A stretch of 63,348 nt of DNA, the filler included, from Octopus bimaculoides (taxonomy: Eukaryota), in NCBI RefSeq assembly GCF_001194135.2. It is 6 parts of 6 records of this genome, joined end to end, with 100 filler letters (N's around TTAATTAATTAA, not from the genome) between each part and the next. Parts side by side here need not be neighbours in the genome. Positions count along the whole stretch, not along the records: positions 61,102 to 62,156 come from NW_026391739.1; positions 62,257 to 63,348 come from NW_026427557.1; 4 more parts are not named here. One strand, given 5' to 3'. The position numbers and the translations under genes are program-made. The stretch's first letter is position 1, and the number at the start of each line of letters is the position of its first letter. The notes beneath the pieces were generated by a model, which was not told the origin of the DNA, made no database searches, and worked only from the letters and a program-made list of their open reading frames with translations. Shown here piece after piece: positions 61,827 through 63,348 of this stretch.

Positions 61827-63348
61827 ACACACATTCACACACATATATATGTTTTACAACAAACACACACCCACACACGCATGTATTCCCTTCATCACTT
61901 CCATCATCATTCTACGGCAATAACCAAAATACATTCGTCAGAAGTATTTGAAAATTTTCTTCTAAATATCCAACATAATCGTCCCTGTATAGCTATATCA
62001 CTCTTCCTTGCCTCTTTCTTATATGTGTGTGTGTGTGCATGCCTCTATACATACAGACAAACATACATGCATACACACATACATACACATATGTATACAT
62101 ACAGTCATTCTTATGTAAATGCCTAAATACATAAAAACTGCTCCACGCCATATATANNNNNNNNNNNNNNNNNNNNNNNNNNNNNNNNNNNNNNNNNNNN
62201 TTAATTAATTAANNNNNNNNNNNNNNNNNNNNNNNNNNNNNNNNNNNNNNNNNNNNGAGAGAGAGAGAGAGTGACTGTATTCCCTCATAACATATAACGA
62301 AATGGATGTATTTTTAATGAATTTTTGGGGTTGTGGCTTATTTTAATGCAATATTTATGTGTACATTTTCATAATTGTTTGTCTGAGTAGAATTCTACGC
62401 ATGCGTGAAACATCGGGCGAAAGTAAAACATTAGGAGCAAATGGAAATATTGCCCGAAAATGACCTCAAAATTGTGCGACCGCGGTTATTTTGATAGTAA
62501 AAAGGAGTTGTTGTGCCAAAAACATAGTTTATTTGGTAGCCTTTATATATATAGATAGATGATGAGCAGCTTTCTTTATTATAGTACAGATGTGGCTAAT
62601 TCGGAAAAACATTTCTTTCATTATTCACACATCGTCACTCTCGGAATGCAACACTTTGTAATTTTGGCTCAAATTGGAAGTGTGAAACTATTTTCACTTT
62701 CTAATGAAACCTGGTCGTAATAGGACAGTGTATTTCAAATAACTATAGCTGCTTGTTGAGATAACATAGAAAATATGTAAATAAAAATAAGTTTATTTGG
62801 TAGCCGAAAGATTACTGAATCTCTTGATACCCCATACATCAAAATCGGCAACTCAGTTTTTGAATGCATAAAGAACATACGCACGCACGCGCGCGCACAC
62901 ATACAAACTCTCTTTTATATATATAGATAATACACACATACATACATACATACAAACAAATATATTGATGTGTATGTGTGCTTGTACACGTGTACATTTG
63001 CATGAGTACGACTTTGTATATATTTATGTTTGCATGTTTGCTTGCAGTATGCATGCATGTATATGTAATATTCATGCCGTAATCAGGACACGTGGTTTCT
63101 GTCCACGTGTTTGAGAAGCCCAGTAATCAAGGTCACATACACCCTGTGATAACCATTAAAATCAGAGCCCTTTTTCAAGGTGATTACTATCTAATTCATT
63201 GAACTTGATGTCTAAATATCCAGATGAAGTCAATGAAAATCGCCTCCTGAGGATTATATTATGTCTGTATATGCATGAATATGTGTATATAAATGCAGGT
63301 GTATACCGATGTATATATGTATGCGTGTGTGTGTGTGTATATGCATGT

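Overview
This is AT-rich, microsatellite-dense animal genomic DNA. The repeat families and the (TA)n/(CA)n/(AAT)n load point to a cephalopod, probably Octopus (inference, not a database match). I find no intact host gene, rRNA, true tRNA or CRISPR array. The window is mostly decayed transposons: three R4/Dong-type restriction-like-endonuclease LINE pieces sitting in ATG/AAT microsatellites plus a further RLE fragment, RTE LINEs, Tx1/L1 pieces, Penelope-like (PLE) fragments, mariner/Tc1/pogo relics, a roughly 2.1 kb Chapaev3-type transposon, a Helitron PIF1 helicase relic and many tRNA-derived SINEs. Five N44-TTAATTAATTAA-N44 spacers are assembly joins, so contiguity across them is not guaranteed. 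The best leads are: a hammerhead ribozyme core in a PLE 3' end (11909-11952); a PHD finger inside an RTE reverse transcriptase; a SINE sharing its 3' tail with a Tx1-like LINE; a mariner built from two outward-facing 3' halves; a stop-free GIY-YIG frame missed by the ORF track; a 290 bp IR-bounded element loaded with promoter motifs; and close inverted repeats that could be ADAR substrates. I cannot support a wholly new multi-gene system. Family names come from motif recognition and need database confirmation.
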